This document shows, piece after piece, positions 45,680 through 55,158 of a stretch of 64,000 nt of DNA. Every line of letters starts with the position of its first letter. Within the stretch, counting starts at the first letter, position 1. The notes beneath the pieces are model-generated. The model did no database searches. It was not told where the DNA came from and worked only from the letters and a program-made list of their open reading frames with translations. The translations under genes and the position numbers were made by a program. The stretch is from the NCBI GenBank assembly GCA_963708045.1, contig OY970181.1, positions 3,740 to 67,739 of the forward strand, given 5' to 3'. The DNA is from an uncultured bacterium. GTDB taxonomy: Bacteria; Patescibacteriota; Patescibacteriia; CAIQCM01.

Positions 45680-48088
45680 TTATTCAACAACAATATTAAC
45701 CAGCTTACCGCCGGCGACGATAATTTTAATTACTTTTTTTCCAGCTAGCCAATCAACAATCTTTGGGAGTTCAAGCGCGCGCTTTTCAAGATCAGCATCG
45801 GGAAGTCCAGCCGGCACAACAAGCCGGTCGCGCATCTTGCCGTTTATCTGAACAATAAGCGTGACTTCGTCTTCGGCCGTGAGCGACTCTTTATAGCTCG
45901 GCCAAGCGGAAAACGACAAAACTTCTTTTTGTTTTAATTTTTCCCACATTTCTTCGCCAAGGTGCGGCGCAAACGGACAAACTAATTTTACCAAACTAAC
46001 AACCGTTTCGGGACTTAGTGTTTCTCGTTTTTCCAACTCGTTTAACAAAATCATTAGCGACGAAATCGCCGTGTTAAACTTAAAAGCTTCAACGTCGGCA
46101 GACACTTTTTTAATCGTCTGGTGGAGTAGCCGCGTCAGCTTATTGTCGGTTGCAGCTTTATCATCAATCTTTTCCAAAAGCCCGTAAACGCGATCAAGAA
46201 ACCGGCGTACGCCGACAATGGAATCGGTTGACCACGGTTTGGCGTCTTCAAACGGCCCCATAAACATAAGGTAGGTGCGTAAAGCATCGGCGCCAAAACG
46301 ATCCACCATTTCGTCTGGATTCACAACATTGCCTTTTGACTTGGACATCTTTTCATTATTCTCGCCAAGAATCATTCCTTGCGAACGGAAACAAATCGCC
46401 GGTTCGTTAAAATTTACATAGCCCAAATCGCGCAAGGCTTTGGCAAAAAAGCGGACATAAAGAAGGTGCAACACGGCATGCTCAGCGCCACCGACATAAA
46501 GATCAACCGGACACCATTTTTTTAACGCCTCGGCTGAAGCAAATTGCTTTTCGTTTTTTGAATCAGCATAGCGCAAGTAATACCACGACGAGTCAACAAA
46601 AGTATCCATTGTGTCGGATTCGCGCCGTGCCGGCTTGTCGCAACGCGGGCATTTTACTTTATGAAAAGTTTTTGAATGAACGAGCGGACTTTCACCGGTC
46701 GGCTTAAAATCAACATCATGCGGCAACACCACCGGCAAATCTTTTTCCGGCACCGGAACTTCGCCGCACTCATCGCAATAAATTATTGGAATCGGCGCGC
46801 CCCAATAGCGCTGGCGAGAAATAAGCCAGTCGCGCAAATGCCAATTAACAGTTTTGTTGCCTTTTTTTATCGCAGCAAGCGCGTCAACAATTTTTTGCTT
46901 GGCATCAACCGAGGTCAGCCCATTCCATTCGCCCGAATTTACCATTATGCCAGCGTCGGTCCAAGCGCGCGTGTCGTCGTGTGGAATACCAACGGGCGGC
47001 GCAACAACAAATTTAATTTGGCAATCGTATTTTTTCGCAAAAGCAAAATCGCGATCATCATGCGCTGGAACGCCCATTACTGCGCCCGTGCCATAGCGCG
47101 GCAAAACATAATCAGCAATCCAGACGGGAATTTTCTCCCCGGAAAATGGATGAATGACATAAGCACCAATGAAGACGCCTGTCTTGTCGCCCTTTTCTCC
47201 AGTGCGTTCTAATTCATTTTTTGTCGCCGTCGCTTTTTGATACGCCGCAACTTCGGCGCGCATTTCTGGCGCTGTGATTTCGGCGACCAGCGGATGCTCG
47301 GGTGCGAGCACGACATAAGTGACGCCCATAAGCGTATCCGGCCGCGTCGTAAATACCGGCAAATTAAATTCTTTGTCGCCAAAGGTTCCACTAAAAATAA
47401 TTTCTGCACCCTCGGAGCGGCCGATCCAATTGCGCTGAGAAATAATAATCTTTTCCGGCCAATCCAAACCAACAAGCTCGTCCAATAATTCTTGTGCGTA
47501 TTCGGTTATTCTAAAAAACCATTGGCTTAACTCTTTTTGCACGACATCATTGCCACAGCGGTCGCATTTTCCACCAACTACCTGCTCGTTTGCGAGCACT
47601 GTCTGACAAGAGTTGCACCAGTTAGCTGGCGCAAAAGTTTTATAAGCCAAGCCTTTTTTATAAAGCTGCAAAAAAATCCACTGCGTCCAACGATAATATT
47701 CTGGCGACGACGTGTTCACTTCGCGCGACCAGTCATAAGAAAGGCCGATTGACTTAATCTGCTTCCGAAAATTTTCAATGGCTTTTTTTGTCGTTTCCTC
47801 GGGATGAACCTTTGTCTTAATGGCATAATTTTCCGCGGGCAGTCCAAAAGCATCCCAACCCATTGGTTGGAGTACGTTTTTTCCTTCCATCCGCCGCTTA
47901 CGAGCGATAATATCAACGGCTGTATATGAAAGCGGATGCCCAACGTGCAACCCTTGCGCCGACGGGTACGGAAACATTACGAGCGTGTAGTATTTTTCCT
48001 TATCGCTTTTCTCGTCAGCACGAAACCAACCTTCCTTTTCCCAACGCTTTTGCCACTTTGGCTCAATTTTCCGGTGGTCAAAATTCAT
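45680..48088 (-). CDS. leuS: Leucine--tRNA ligase
   Basis: Class I HIGH (HVGHPLSY), KMSKS, and CP1 editing domain. 802 aa. Confidence 0.95.
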   Translation of the reverse strand: MNFDHRKIEPKWQKRWEKEGWFRADEKSDKEKYYTLVMFPYPSAQGLHVGHPLSYTAVDIIARKRRMEGKNVLQPMGWDAFGLPAENYAIKTKVHPEETTKKAIENFRKQIKSIGLSYDWSREVNTSSPEYYRWTQWIFLQLYKKGLAYKTFAPANWCNSCQTVLANEQVVGGKCDRCGNDVVQKELSQWFFRITEYAQELLDELVGLDWPEKIIISQRNWIGRSEGAEIIFSGTFGDKEFNLPVFTTRPDTLMGVTYVVLAPEHPLVAEITAPEMRAEVAAYQKATATKNELERTGEKGDKTGVFIGAYVIHPFSGEKIPVWIADYVLPRYGTGAVMGVPAHDDRDFAFAKKYDCQIKFVVAPPVGIPHDDTRAWTDAGIMVNSGEWNGLTSVDAKQKIVDALAAIKKGNKTVNWHLRDWLISRQRYWGAPIPIIYCDECGEVPVPEKDLPVVLPHDVDFKPTGESPLVHSKTFHKVKCPRCDKPARRESDTMDTFVDSSWYYLRYADSKNEKQFASAEALKKWCPVDLYVGGAEHAVLHLLYVRFFAKALRDLGYVNFNEPAICFRSQGMILGENNEKMSKSKGNVVNPDEMVDRFGADALRTYLMFMGPFEDAKPWSTDSIVGVRRFLDRVYGLLEKIDDKAATDNKLTRLLHQTIKKVSADVEAFKFNTAISSLMILLNELEKRETLSPETVVSLVKLVCPFAPHLGEEMWEKLKQKEVLSFSAWPSYKESLTAEDEVTLIVQINGKMRDRLVVPAGLPDADLEKRALELPKIVDWLAGKKVIKIIVAGGKLVNIVVE

Positions 48089-48202
48089 AAATTATGGACG
48101 GCGAACAATTCAATATTGAAATATTCCCACAAAATCAAAGTTTTCGCAATACGCCTCGTAACAAAAAACGAGGGGTTCCACCCCTCGTTTTTTATATACA
48201 AT

Positions 48203-49285
48203 TTAAATTTTTTTAATAATCTTGATGACCCCTTGTTCCGCATCAACTTCTATTTCATCTCCATCTTTAAGAACTTTGGTGGCAATTTTGGTACCAATGA
48301 TACAGGGTTTGCCAAGTTCGCGCGCAACAATCGCCGCATGACAAGTAACCCCACCTTCGTCAGTAACGATTGCTGAGGCCGTTTTCATTGCGGGCACGAA
48401 ATCGGGTGAGGTCATCGCCGTAACAAGAATCGCATCTTTCGGAAACAACTTAATATCATCATGTGTAAATACCAGACGCACCGATCCAGTCACAGCCGGC
48501 GCTTTAAAAGCGATTGACCCCTTAAACGATTGTACTTCCTCCGTTTCCAGAAATGAATATCGGTATCCTCGTTTTCCCAACAATTCCGAAAAAGACTTAC
48601 CAATAACTAGTTCATCTCCAAACAAAACATAGCCGCTAGTCCTAGTATCAAGAATATCCTGTTTTGGCGCGACGCCGCGAACAAACATTTCCCTAAGTTC
48701 AGAAACAGTAAGGAGGTGTGCAAAACGGCGCGCGATACCAAGAGTCTCCAGTCTGGAACAGGCCATATCTCGCACAAAGGCGTCAACCTGCTCAAACAAA
48801 CCTTCCAAAAATACACGATTATCATATTGCGCCTTAAGGTATTTCTCGGCCGCTTCGCCTTTTGCTTCCTTAAACGCTTCGGCAAACGGTCCGGGAAGAA
48901 AAACCGAAAACATATAGCCGGGGTACATTGTTGCCCAAAGTTCAAGGCAGCGTTCGTACACCATAGTATATTCCGAAGACTCTACTGAGTGTTGCTTAAT
49001 AAGCTCGCGCAATTGAACTGCTGCTTTGCGGGTCTTTTCCCGAAACTCGTCAGAAAATAATTGATGATCAAAGGGGAGTTGGGCAATGTGTGCGCGCAAT
49101 GCCTCAACTTCATCGCGAACGCGATACGCTTCAAGTGCGCGTCCGTTAAAATTGCAGATTTGAATTGAAAAACTTTTGCCCCACACCTGCTTTACTTCCT
49201 GATCAAGTAACGATTTCCACCAAAACTGGGCGGTAAAAAGAGAAAAGTCCCTGGTAAATATCAAATCTAATAATTTCTTTTCCAT
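48203..49285 (-). CDS. PEP-utilizing enzyme mobile (phosphohistidine swivel) domain protein with an N-terminal helical domain of unknown function
   Basis: C-terminal GGVTCHAAIVARELGKPCIIG motif of PEP synthase/PPDK swivel domains. There is no ATP-grasp or PEP-binding domain. Confidence 0.65.
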   Translation of the reverse strand: MEKKLLDLIFTRDFSLFTAQFWWKSLLDQEVKQVWGKSFSIQICNFNGRALEAYRVRDEVEALRAHIAQLPFDHQLFSDEFREKTRKAAVQLRELIKQHSVESSEYTMVYERCLELWATMYPGYMFSVFLPGPFAEAFKEAKGEAAEKYLKAQYDNRVFLEGLFEQVDAFVRDMACSRLETLGIARRFAHLLTVSELREMFVRGVAPKQDILDTRTSGYVLFGDELVIGKSFSELLGKRGYRYSFLETEEVQSFKGSIAFKAPAVTGSVRLVFTHDDIKLFPKDAILVTAMTSPDFVPAMKTASAIVTDEGGVTCHAAIVARELGKPCIIGTKIATKVLKDGDEIEVDAEQGVIKIIKKI

Positions 49286-49316
49286 GGGTTTGTTTTGGTT
49301 ATTTTTTTATTCATTT

Positions 49317-50549
49317 TCAAACTCCTCGTGCCAACATCGTCTTCTCCAACCGACCGAGGGCAAGAATGTAAGCGGCGGTGCGCAGATTAACTTTGTATTC
49401 GTCTTTAATTTTCCAAATCGCGGCAAAATTTTCTACAATAATTGGTTCAAGTTTGGCAAGCACTTCAGCTTCTTTCCAAGAGACCCGCGCCAAGTTTTGC
49501 ACCCATTCAAAATACGAAACCGTAACCCCGCCGGCATTCGCTAAAACGTCGGGAACGACCGGAATGCCGCGCGTTTCAAAAATATTTTCCGCTTCGGTCG
49601 TTGTTGGACCGTTCGCTAGCTCAACAACCGCCTTGGTTTTTATTTTTGCCGCGTTCTCAACGGTCAAAACATTTTCCAGCGCCGCTGGCACAAGAATGTC
49701 ACAGTCAATTTCCAAAAGCTCGGCATTGGTAATTTGTTTGGCGCCAGGAAAATCAACAAGCGATCCGTGTTTCTCTTTCCACGCATGAACACTGATCGGC
49801 TCCAGGCCAGACTCGCTAAAAATTCCGCCTTTGGAATCAGAAAGAGCGACGATTTTGTATCCAGATGCGTGCGCAAGGCGGGCAAAGTGGTAGCCGACGT
49901 TCCCGATTCCCTGAACCGCCAGCCGCGTTTCGCTTGGTAATAAATTTAATTTTGTCGCGAGTTCGCGTAGGGCATAAAAACCACCTTGACCAGTCGCAGC
50001 TTCGCGGCCTTCCGAGCCATAGAGCGCGAGTGGTTTCCCCGTAAAGGCACCGAAAACATTTTCTTTAGTGATTTTGGAAAGTTCGTCCACCATCCACGCC
50101 ATTTCGCGCGGACCAGTGCCAACGTCCGGCGCCGGCACATCACGCCTTTCACCAATCACAGAACTTAACTCACGGACAAAGCCGCGCGAAAGCGCTTCTA
50201 ATTCGGTCGCCGAAAGTTTTTTCGGATCAACGGCAATACCGCCCTTGCCGCCGCCAAAAGGAATTCCCGAGACTGCGGTTTTCATTGTCATCCAAAGCGC
50301 GAGTGCCTTAACTTCATCCAAATCAGCCTGCGGATGAAAACGAATGCCGCCCTTATACGGTCCGCGTGAATTGTTCCATTGCACGCGGTAGGCGTCAAAA
50401 TCGCGCATTTCCCCGCTATCCATCACGACCGAAATTTTAAATTGAAAAATCTCGTTCGGCCGGCTTAATTTTTCTAAAACGCGGGGATCTAATTTAATCA
50501 CCGCCGCCGCGCGCGTTAATTGATCAATGGCATTTTTAAAGGTATTCAT
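49317..50549 (-). CDS. gdh: Glutamate dehydrogenase (NAD(P)+)
   Basis: GDH signature KGGIRFHP, GGGKGG, and Rossmann GxGNVG. Start set at MNTFKNAI; the ORF track start is 50630. Confidence 0.85.
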   Translation of the reverse strand: MNTFKNAIDQLTRAAAVIKLDPRVLEKLSRPNEIFQFKISVVMDSGEMRDFDAYRVQWNNSRGPYKGGIRFHPQADLDEVKALALWMTMKTAVSGIPFGGGKGGIAVDPKKLSATELEALSRGFVRELSSVIGERRDVPAPDVGTGPREMAWMVDELSKITKENVFGAFTGKPLALYGSEGREAATGQGGFYALRELATKLNLLPSETRLAVQGIGNVGYHFARLAHASGYKIVALSDSKGGIFSESGLEPISVHAWKEKHGSLVDFPGAKQITNAELLEIDCDILVPAALENVLTVENAAKIKTKAVVELANGPTTTEAENIFETRGIPVVPDVLANAGGVTVSYFEWVQNLARVSWKEAEVLAKLEPIIVENFAAIWKIKDEYKVNLRTAAYILALGRLEKTMLARGV

Positions 50550-50662
50550 AGAAGTCCAGATTATCCCACCCGCCCGGAAACTGCAATACGAAACACATGT
50601 ACCATGTACCACATACCACACACCATCCATTAATGAGTGGTTTATGGTTCATGGTACATGGT

Positions 50663-52345
50663 TCATCGCGGTGCTTTTTCCAAAATCCTAACCGTCCCGT
50701 GCAAAGCGCGGACTTCTACGAGGTCGCCGTCGTGAAGAAGTTCGGTCGCATTTTTGGTGCCGATAATACAGGGTTTACCTAGCTCGCGGGAAACAATCGC
50801 CGCGTGCGAGGTTATCCCGCCCTCGTTCGTCACAATGCCGGCGGCTTTTTTCATAAGCGGCACAAATTCCGGCCGCGTCATTCCCGTTACCAAAATTTGC
50901 CCTTCTTTAAATTTAGAAAATTCATTAACCGTTCGCACAACGCAAACGATTCCTTTAGCAAACCCCTGCGACGCGACTTTGCCCGCGATTACCGAATCAT
51001 GTTCCTTGCCGCCAATCTTATTCTCTAACTCTTTGCGAAGAGACAACGCCTCGTCGCCATAAAGCACCCGATAGTCAACCCCTTCGGCAATGTAGATGGC
51101 ACCATTGTTACGACGATCCTCTAGTGTCGCCTTGGTAAGCACACCTTTTAAAACACTGGCAACCTCATTATGATTTAGATACGATAAGCAATTTACAGGA
51201 ATACCTGTGCGCCGTTCTATTTCTTGCAAGACTCGCAAAAAAGCGACAATGCCCATTAAATTATATTTCTTTCGCGATTCGCGCCAAGCGGTTAATTTTT
51301 GAAAAAACGCCAACGGATTAACCTTAAGCCCGCGCTGTCGCAATATTTTTGTGATTATTGCTTCGCGCGTTTCGCTAAACGTTTCCAGTTCGTGAATTTC
51401 CATTTTTATAGCTTCGGGGTTGGATAAATATTTATCAAGCTCAGCCACGATTTCTTCGTTAGAGATTGAACGATAAACCGCGTAGTTTGATTGATAATAA
51501 TCAAAATGTCTGACGTAATTTTTTATATCAGTACTTTTTTCCACAAAATCTTTAATCATTTTAAGACGAGCACTACCACTCCAGCGTTTATGTAAAAGCG
51601 TTCGCGCGATTTTTAACAAAGCCAGTTTCCGCTCGCGATCAATAGAAAGCTCGTTGGTTGTCGTGAGTGCGACTGTGTCCTCAACTGAAAGATTATTTTT
51701 TTGCGCAATTCTTTTTATTTCCTCTTGATCAAAACCGGCGTCAAAAGAATCTATAAATAAACTTGCGTCCCAGAACGGATCATACGCAACTAAAATGCTG
51801 GCGGAAAATTCCGCAAGCTCGTGATCGTTTAAAGACGCGAGAATCTCACCACTGTTTTCCAAATAAATATTTTCAATTTTTGATGCCGCCCGCTCGTATT
51901 CAGCATAAAGCAAATCAAAATCCGCCATTTTTGAATATTGGCGATAAACTTGATTGGACCATTTGTTCATTTCGTCAAAATCCCAATATGCCCAAAAGTA
52001 ACCTTTCTGCGCGTAATAGATAAAATGTTTTTCAAATTTATTTCCTAGACCACAATTAATACGGACAAAAGGTGAAAAAAGCGTAAACGGCACACCTTCC
52101 CCTTCTTGACGATAGGGTTTAATTTCGTTTGATTTTTTACTCGGCTCAATTTTCATTTCAATCAACTGCGCAAGCGGAATATCGTAGGTCGTGCAAATTT
52201 TTTCTATCGTTTCAAACTTAATCCCATCCACTTTATTGTGAAAGAGAGCGGTCACCGTATTGCGATTCAAACCCGTGTCTTCAGCAATTTCCAAAATTGT
52301 CTTCCCTAATTTTTCGCTTAATTCCTTAATTTTTATTGTAATCAT
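50663..52345 (-). CDS. XRE-type HTH DNA-binding domain fused to a C-terminal PEP-utilizing swivel (phosphohistidine) domain
   Basis: N-terminal HTH (ELSEKLGKTILEIAEDTGLNRNTVTALFHN) and C-terminal GGITSHAAIVSRELGKPCIIG. Start set at MITIKIK, because the ORF track's extension to 52981 runs through the promoter and overlaps the opposite-strand gene. Confidence 0.65.
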   Translation of the reverse strand: MITIKIKELSEKLGKTILEIAEDTGLNRNTVTALFHNKVDGIKFETIEKICTTYDIPLAQLIEMKIEPSKKSNEIKPYRQEGEGVPFTLFSPFVRINCGLGNKFEKHFIYYAQKGYFWAYWDFDEMNKWSNQVYRQYSKMADFDLLYAEYERAASKIENIYLENSGEILASLNDHELAEFSASILVAYDPFWDASLFIDSFDAGFDQEEIKRIAQKNNLSVEDTVALTTTNELSIDRERKLALLKIARTLLHKRWSGSARLKMIKDFVEKSTDIKNYVRHFDYYQSNYAVYRSISNEEIVAELDKYLSNPEAIKMEIHELETFSETREAIITKILRQRGLKVNPLAFFQKLTAWRESRKKYNLMGIVAFLRVLQEIERRTGIPVNCLSYLNHNEVASVLKGVLTKATLEDRRNNGAIYIAEGVDYRVLYGDEALSLRKELENKIGGKEHDSVIAGKVASQGFAKGIVCVVRTVNEFSKFKEGQILVTGMTRPEFVPLMKKAAGIVTNEGGITSHAAIVSRELGKPCIIGTKNATELLHDGDLVEVRALHGTVRILEKAPR

Positions 52346-52360
52346 AAAATTATATGAATA

Positions 52361-52461
52361 GTGTACTAGGCACACTATATAATATCTATTCACCTTTGTC
52401 AAGATTGTGCCTAGTACACTAACCAACCACCCTTGACAAATCATTAAAAACGTGTTAGCAT
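52361..52461. promoter_or_regulatory. Divergent promoter region with a pair of 14-bp inverted repeats (candidate operator for the HTH-swivel protein)
   Basis: GTGTACTAGGCACA (52361-52374) and its reverse complement TGTGCCTAGTACAC (52406-52419). Minus-strand promoter TTGACA-17-TATAGT (52374-52402). Plus-strand promoter TTGACA-17-TAGCAT (52433-52461). Confidence 0.5.
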
Positions 52462-52519
52462 AACCTATTCCTGATGAACTTCTGAACTGGATCCAAAACC
52501 TGATACGGAGGAATGAACG

Positions 52520-53101
52520 ATGAACGACCTTTCTATTCTGTTTCTGCGCCACGGCGCGACCACCCCGCTCGACAAGACCGTTCCTGTGAGCCAAGGCGAC
52601 CCAGCTCGCGTCCTTACGAGCGAAGGCATTGCCCGCGCCGAAGAGGTCGCCACTGACCTCGCATCGCAGAGCTTCGGGCTCATGATCACGTCCGGGGTAT
52701 CTCGGACGGTTCAAACCGGCGCCATCGTCGCGGCCAAGCAGCAGAAGCTGGTTGACATCATGAGCATACGTAGCCTGTACATGCCACTCGACCAAAACGA
52801 GGTCAACAGGTTGTTCGCGCTTTTCGATAAAGCGACAACCCCACGGCTTGCCCAGGAAGTCATGGAGATCCGAAGTATGTGCGAGGCACAGGCAGAAATC
52901 ATTCTCGCCGAGTGTAAACTCCGCAGCAACCCATATACGCTGGCCGTGAACCATATGGTTCTGATTCAACTCATCGCCCACGCAATGGGCGCCTCGGAAA
53001 ACGTCCTCGACGCGAAACTGGAGCCTTGCGACGGACTCTGGGTCAATATCACAGCCGAGGGGACAACCTGGCTCCGCTACTCAGCCCCCAAGGCGGCCTA
53101 G
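52520..53101 (+). CDS. Histidine phosphatase family protein (phosphoglycerate mutase-like)
   Basis: RHG motif (LFLRHGAT) at the N-terminus. Strong GGAGG RBS and noticeably higher GC than the surroundings. Confidence 0.65.
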   Translation: MNDLSILFLRHGATTPLDKTVPVSQGDPARVLTSEGIARAEEVATDLASQSFGLMITSGVSRTVQTGAIVAAKQQKLVDIMSIRSLYMPLDQNEVNRLFALFDKATTPRLAQEVMEIRSMCEAQAEIILAECKLRSNPYTLAVNHMVLIQLIAHAMGASENVLDAKLEPCDGLWVNITAEGTTWLRYSAPKAA

Positions 53102-53212
53102 TCCAACAACCCTAACATCCAACCCCGGATCTGCACGAAGCAGTCCGGACGCGAAATACCCGACGTGTACGTTTGGCCGAAACCAGACAACAAACGCCGG
53201 GTATTCTTGTAT

Positions 53213-53890
53213 CTACTCATTTTTGTCGAGGCGAAACCTCGGCCAATCAGAATCTATGCGCTTTTTCCCAATCAACCCTAACACAAAATCGCGGTATTTC
53301 TTTTTATTTTTAAATTGATTTAATACTATTTCTGAATTATCTACAATACTCTCTCCTTGTCTAATACCGATGTAATCAAAGTAACTAGACCATTTAAATT
53401 TATTGAGTAAACGATTTAATAGTTGCATATCGTGGCAATTGGGCGTAATTGCTTCCACTGGATTTAAGTGAATATAGCGCGTTAAATGAAGTAAGTATGA
53501 ATTATCTTTGATATGTTTGCTTTTAAAAACTCCTTGGAACAATACTCCCGATCTTTCATAACGCTTATTAAAATACATAGTGTACCCAGTTAATAATTTT
53601 TGAATATATTTTGATATCCCGTTTTCTTGTACCTGCTCCAGTATCAAATGAAAATGATTTGGCATTAAACAATATGCGACAATTTTAACCAAAGCCTCTG
53701 GCCGATTTGGTCGAGGCGAAACCTCGGCCAAAAGACGATTAAAATGATTAATTGGTTCAAGCGAGTTAAATAATTTCATACCAAGAATGAACCGCTCATA
53801 ATCTTTGTTTTGTAAAAAGACACGCCTTTTATCTGTCCCCCTATTATAAATGTGATAAAATTCACCATTAGTAAAAACCAGGTTACGCAT
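53213..53890 (-). CDS. REP-associated tyrosine transposase (RAYT, IS200-like Y1 transposase)
   Basis: YHIYNRG, HUH motif NHFHLIL, and conserved Tyr region. Flanked by REP hairpins. Confidence 0.7.
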   Translation of the reverse strand: MRNLVFTNGEFYHIYNRGTDKRRVFLQNKDYERFILGMKLFNSLEPINHFNRLLAEVSPRPNRPEALVKIVAYCLMPNHFHLILEQVQENGISKYIQKLLTGYTMYFNKRYERSGVLFQGVFKSKHIKDNSYLLHLTRYIHLNPVEAITPNCHDMQLLNRLLNKFKWSSYFDYIGIRQGESIVDNSEIVLNQFKNKKKYRDFVLGLIGKKRIDSDWPRFRLDKNE

Positions 53891-54113
53891 AATTTTTTTA
53901 AAAACTTAAGACTTATGATCCAACCTAGGCTCGACATAATTAATTCTCAATAAATGTGTCCGTTGTGGATAACACCCCTATTTTGTTGAGGCGAAACCTC
54001 GACAAAATAGGGATTTCCAAGAGTCTCAAGTGTTAGTCATCACCAACACCCGCTTTAACAAAACATCAAATGAATTAGAAATTGGTCTTTGGCCGAGGTT
54101 TCGCCTCGGCCAA
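53222..54113. repeat. REP-like palindromes (GGCCGAGG-TTTCG-CCTCGGCC type) around and inside the RAYT gene
   Basis: Four copies at ~53222-53243, 53708-53740 (inside the RAYT CDS), 53979-54010 and 54089-54113, in both orientations. Confidence 0.7.
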
Positions 54114-54187
54114 TCGCCTTGGTCAATTATTTTAAATAGCCGCCCCGATAGTAATCGGGGCGGCTATAATGCTTCATGTTCGATGTT

Positions 54188-55093
54188 TCACTTCGAGAGG
54201 TATTTCTCGGCTTCCAGTGCGGCCATACAGCCGGTGCCGGCGGCGGAAATTGCTTGGCGATAACGCCAGTCGGCAACGTCGCCGCAAACAAAAACACCGG
54301 GAAGTGCCGTTCGCACAAAACCCTCGGGGACGATGTAACCTTTTTCCATTGTTAACTGCCCTTCAAAAATTTTCGTATTTGGACTGTGGCCGATTGCTAC
54401 AAAAACTCCGTCAATCGGCATTTCCTCTTCAGCACCAGTTACGTTATTTTTTACGCGAACGCCGGTAATTTTTTCCTCACCAAGATAACCGACAACGCTA
54501 GCACTAAAAACAAATTTTATTTTCGGGTTAGCTTCGGCGCGCTCCTGCATTATTTTTGAGGCGCGCATCGCTTCGGAGCGAACCAGAATAATTACTTCAC
54601 TCGCGAATTTAGTCAAAAAATTTGCTTCTTCAAGCGCCGCGTCCCCCGCGCCGACGACGATTACTTTTTTGTTCTTAAAGAAGAACCCATCGCAGGTGGC
54701 GCAAGCAGAAAGTCCTTTGCCGTAATATTTATTTTCACCCGGAAGATCCAACCGTCGCGCCGAAGCGCCGGTCGCAATAATTACTGATTCGGCTTCAAAA
54801 ATTTCGTCGCCAATAAAAACTTTTTTCGGTTCCGACTTAAGATCAACAGCCGTCACCGTTTTTTCAACCACCCGCGTGCCAAATTTTTCCGCTTGTTTGC
54901 GCATCGCGGACATCAAATCCGAACCGAGTATTCCTTCGGGGAAACCGGGAAAATTTTCAATTTCGGTCGTGGTGATTAATTGTCCGCCAATTTGCTCGCC
55001 GCAAAAAACCAATGGTGCCAGTTCCGCGCGCGCCGCATATATTGCCGCCGTGTATCCAGCCGGACCCGAGCCGATGATGATGACTTTTTCCAT
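54188..55093 (-). CDS. trxB: Thioredoxin reductase
   Basis: FAD motif GSGPAGYTAA, redox CATCDGFF, and NADPH motif GAGDAALEEA. Confidence 0.9.
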   Translation of the reverse strand: MEKVIIIGSGPAGYTAAIYAARAELAPLVFCGEQIGGQLITTTEIENFPGFPEGILGSDLMSAMRKQAEKFGTRVVEKTVTAVDLKSEPKKVFIGDEIFEAESVIIATGASARRLDLPGENKYYGKGLSACATCDGFFFKNKKVIVVGAGDAALEEANFLTKFASEVIILVRSEAMRASKIMQERAEANPKIKFVFSASVVGYLGEEKITGVRVKNNVTGAEEEMPIDGVFVAIGHSPNTKIFEGQLTMEKGYIVPEGFVRTALPGVFVCGDVADWRYRQAISAAGTGCMAALEAEKYLSK

Positions 55094-55158
55094 AGTTTTA
55101 GGTGTTAGGTGTTAGATGTTAGGTATTAGGTTCCAACGAAACCTAATACCTTGAACCT

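Noticed and set aside
52346-52981. N-terminal 212-aa extension of the HTH-swivel ORF (track start 52981)
   Set aside because: The extension runs through the promoter/operator region and overlaps the well-supported opposite-strand histidine phosphatase gene. The XRE HTH begins exactly at the internal ATG 52345, which has a consensus promoter upstream.
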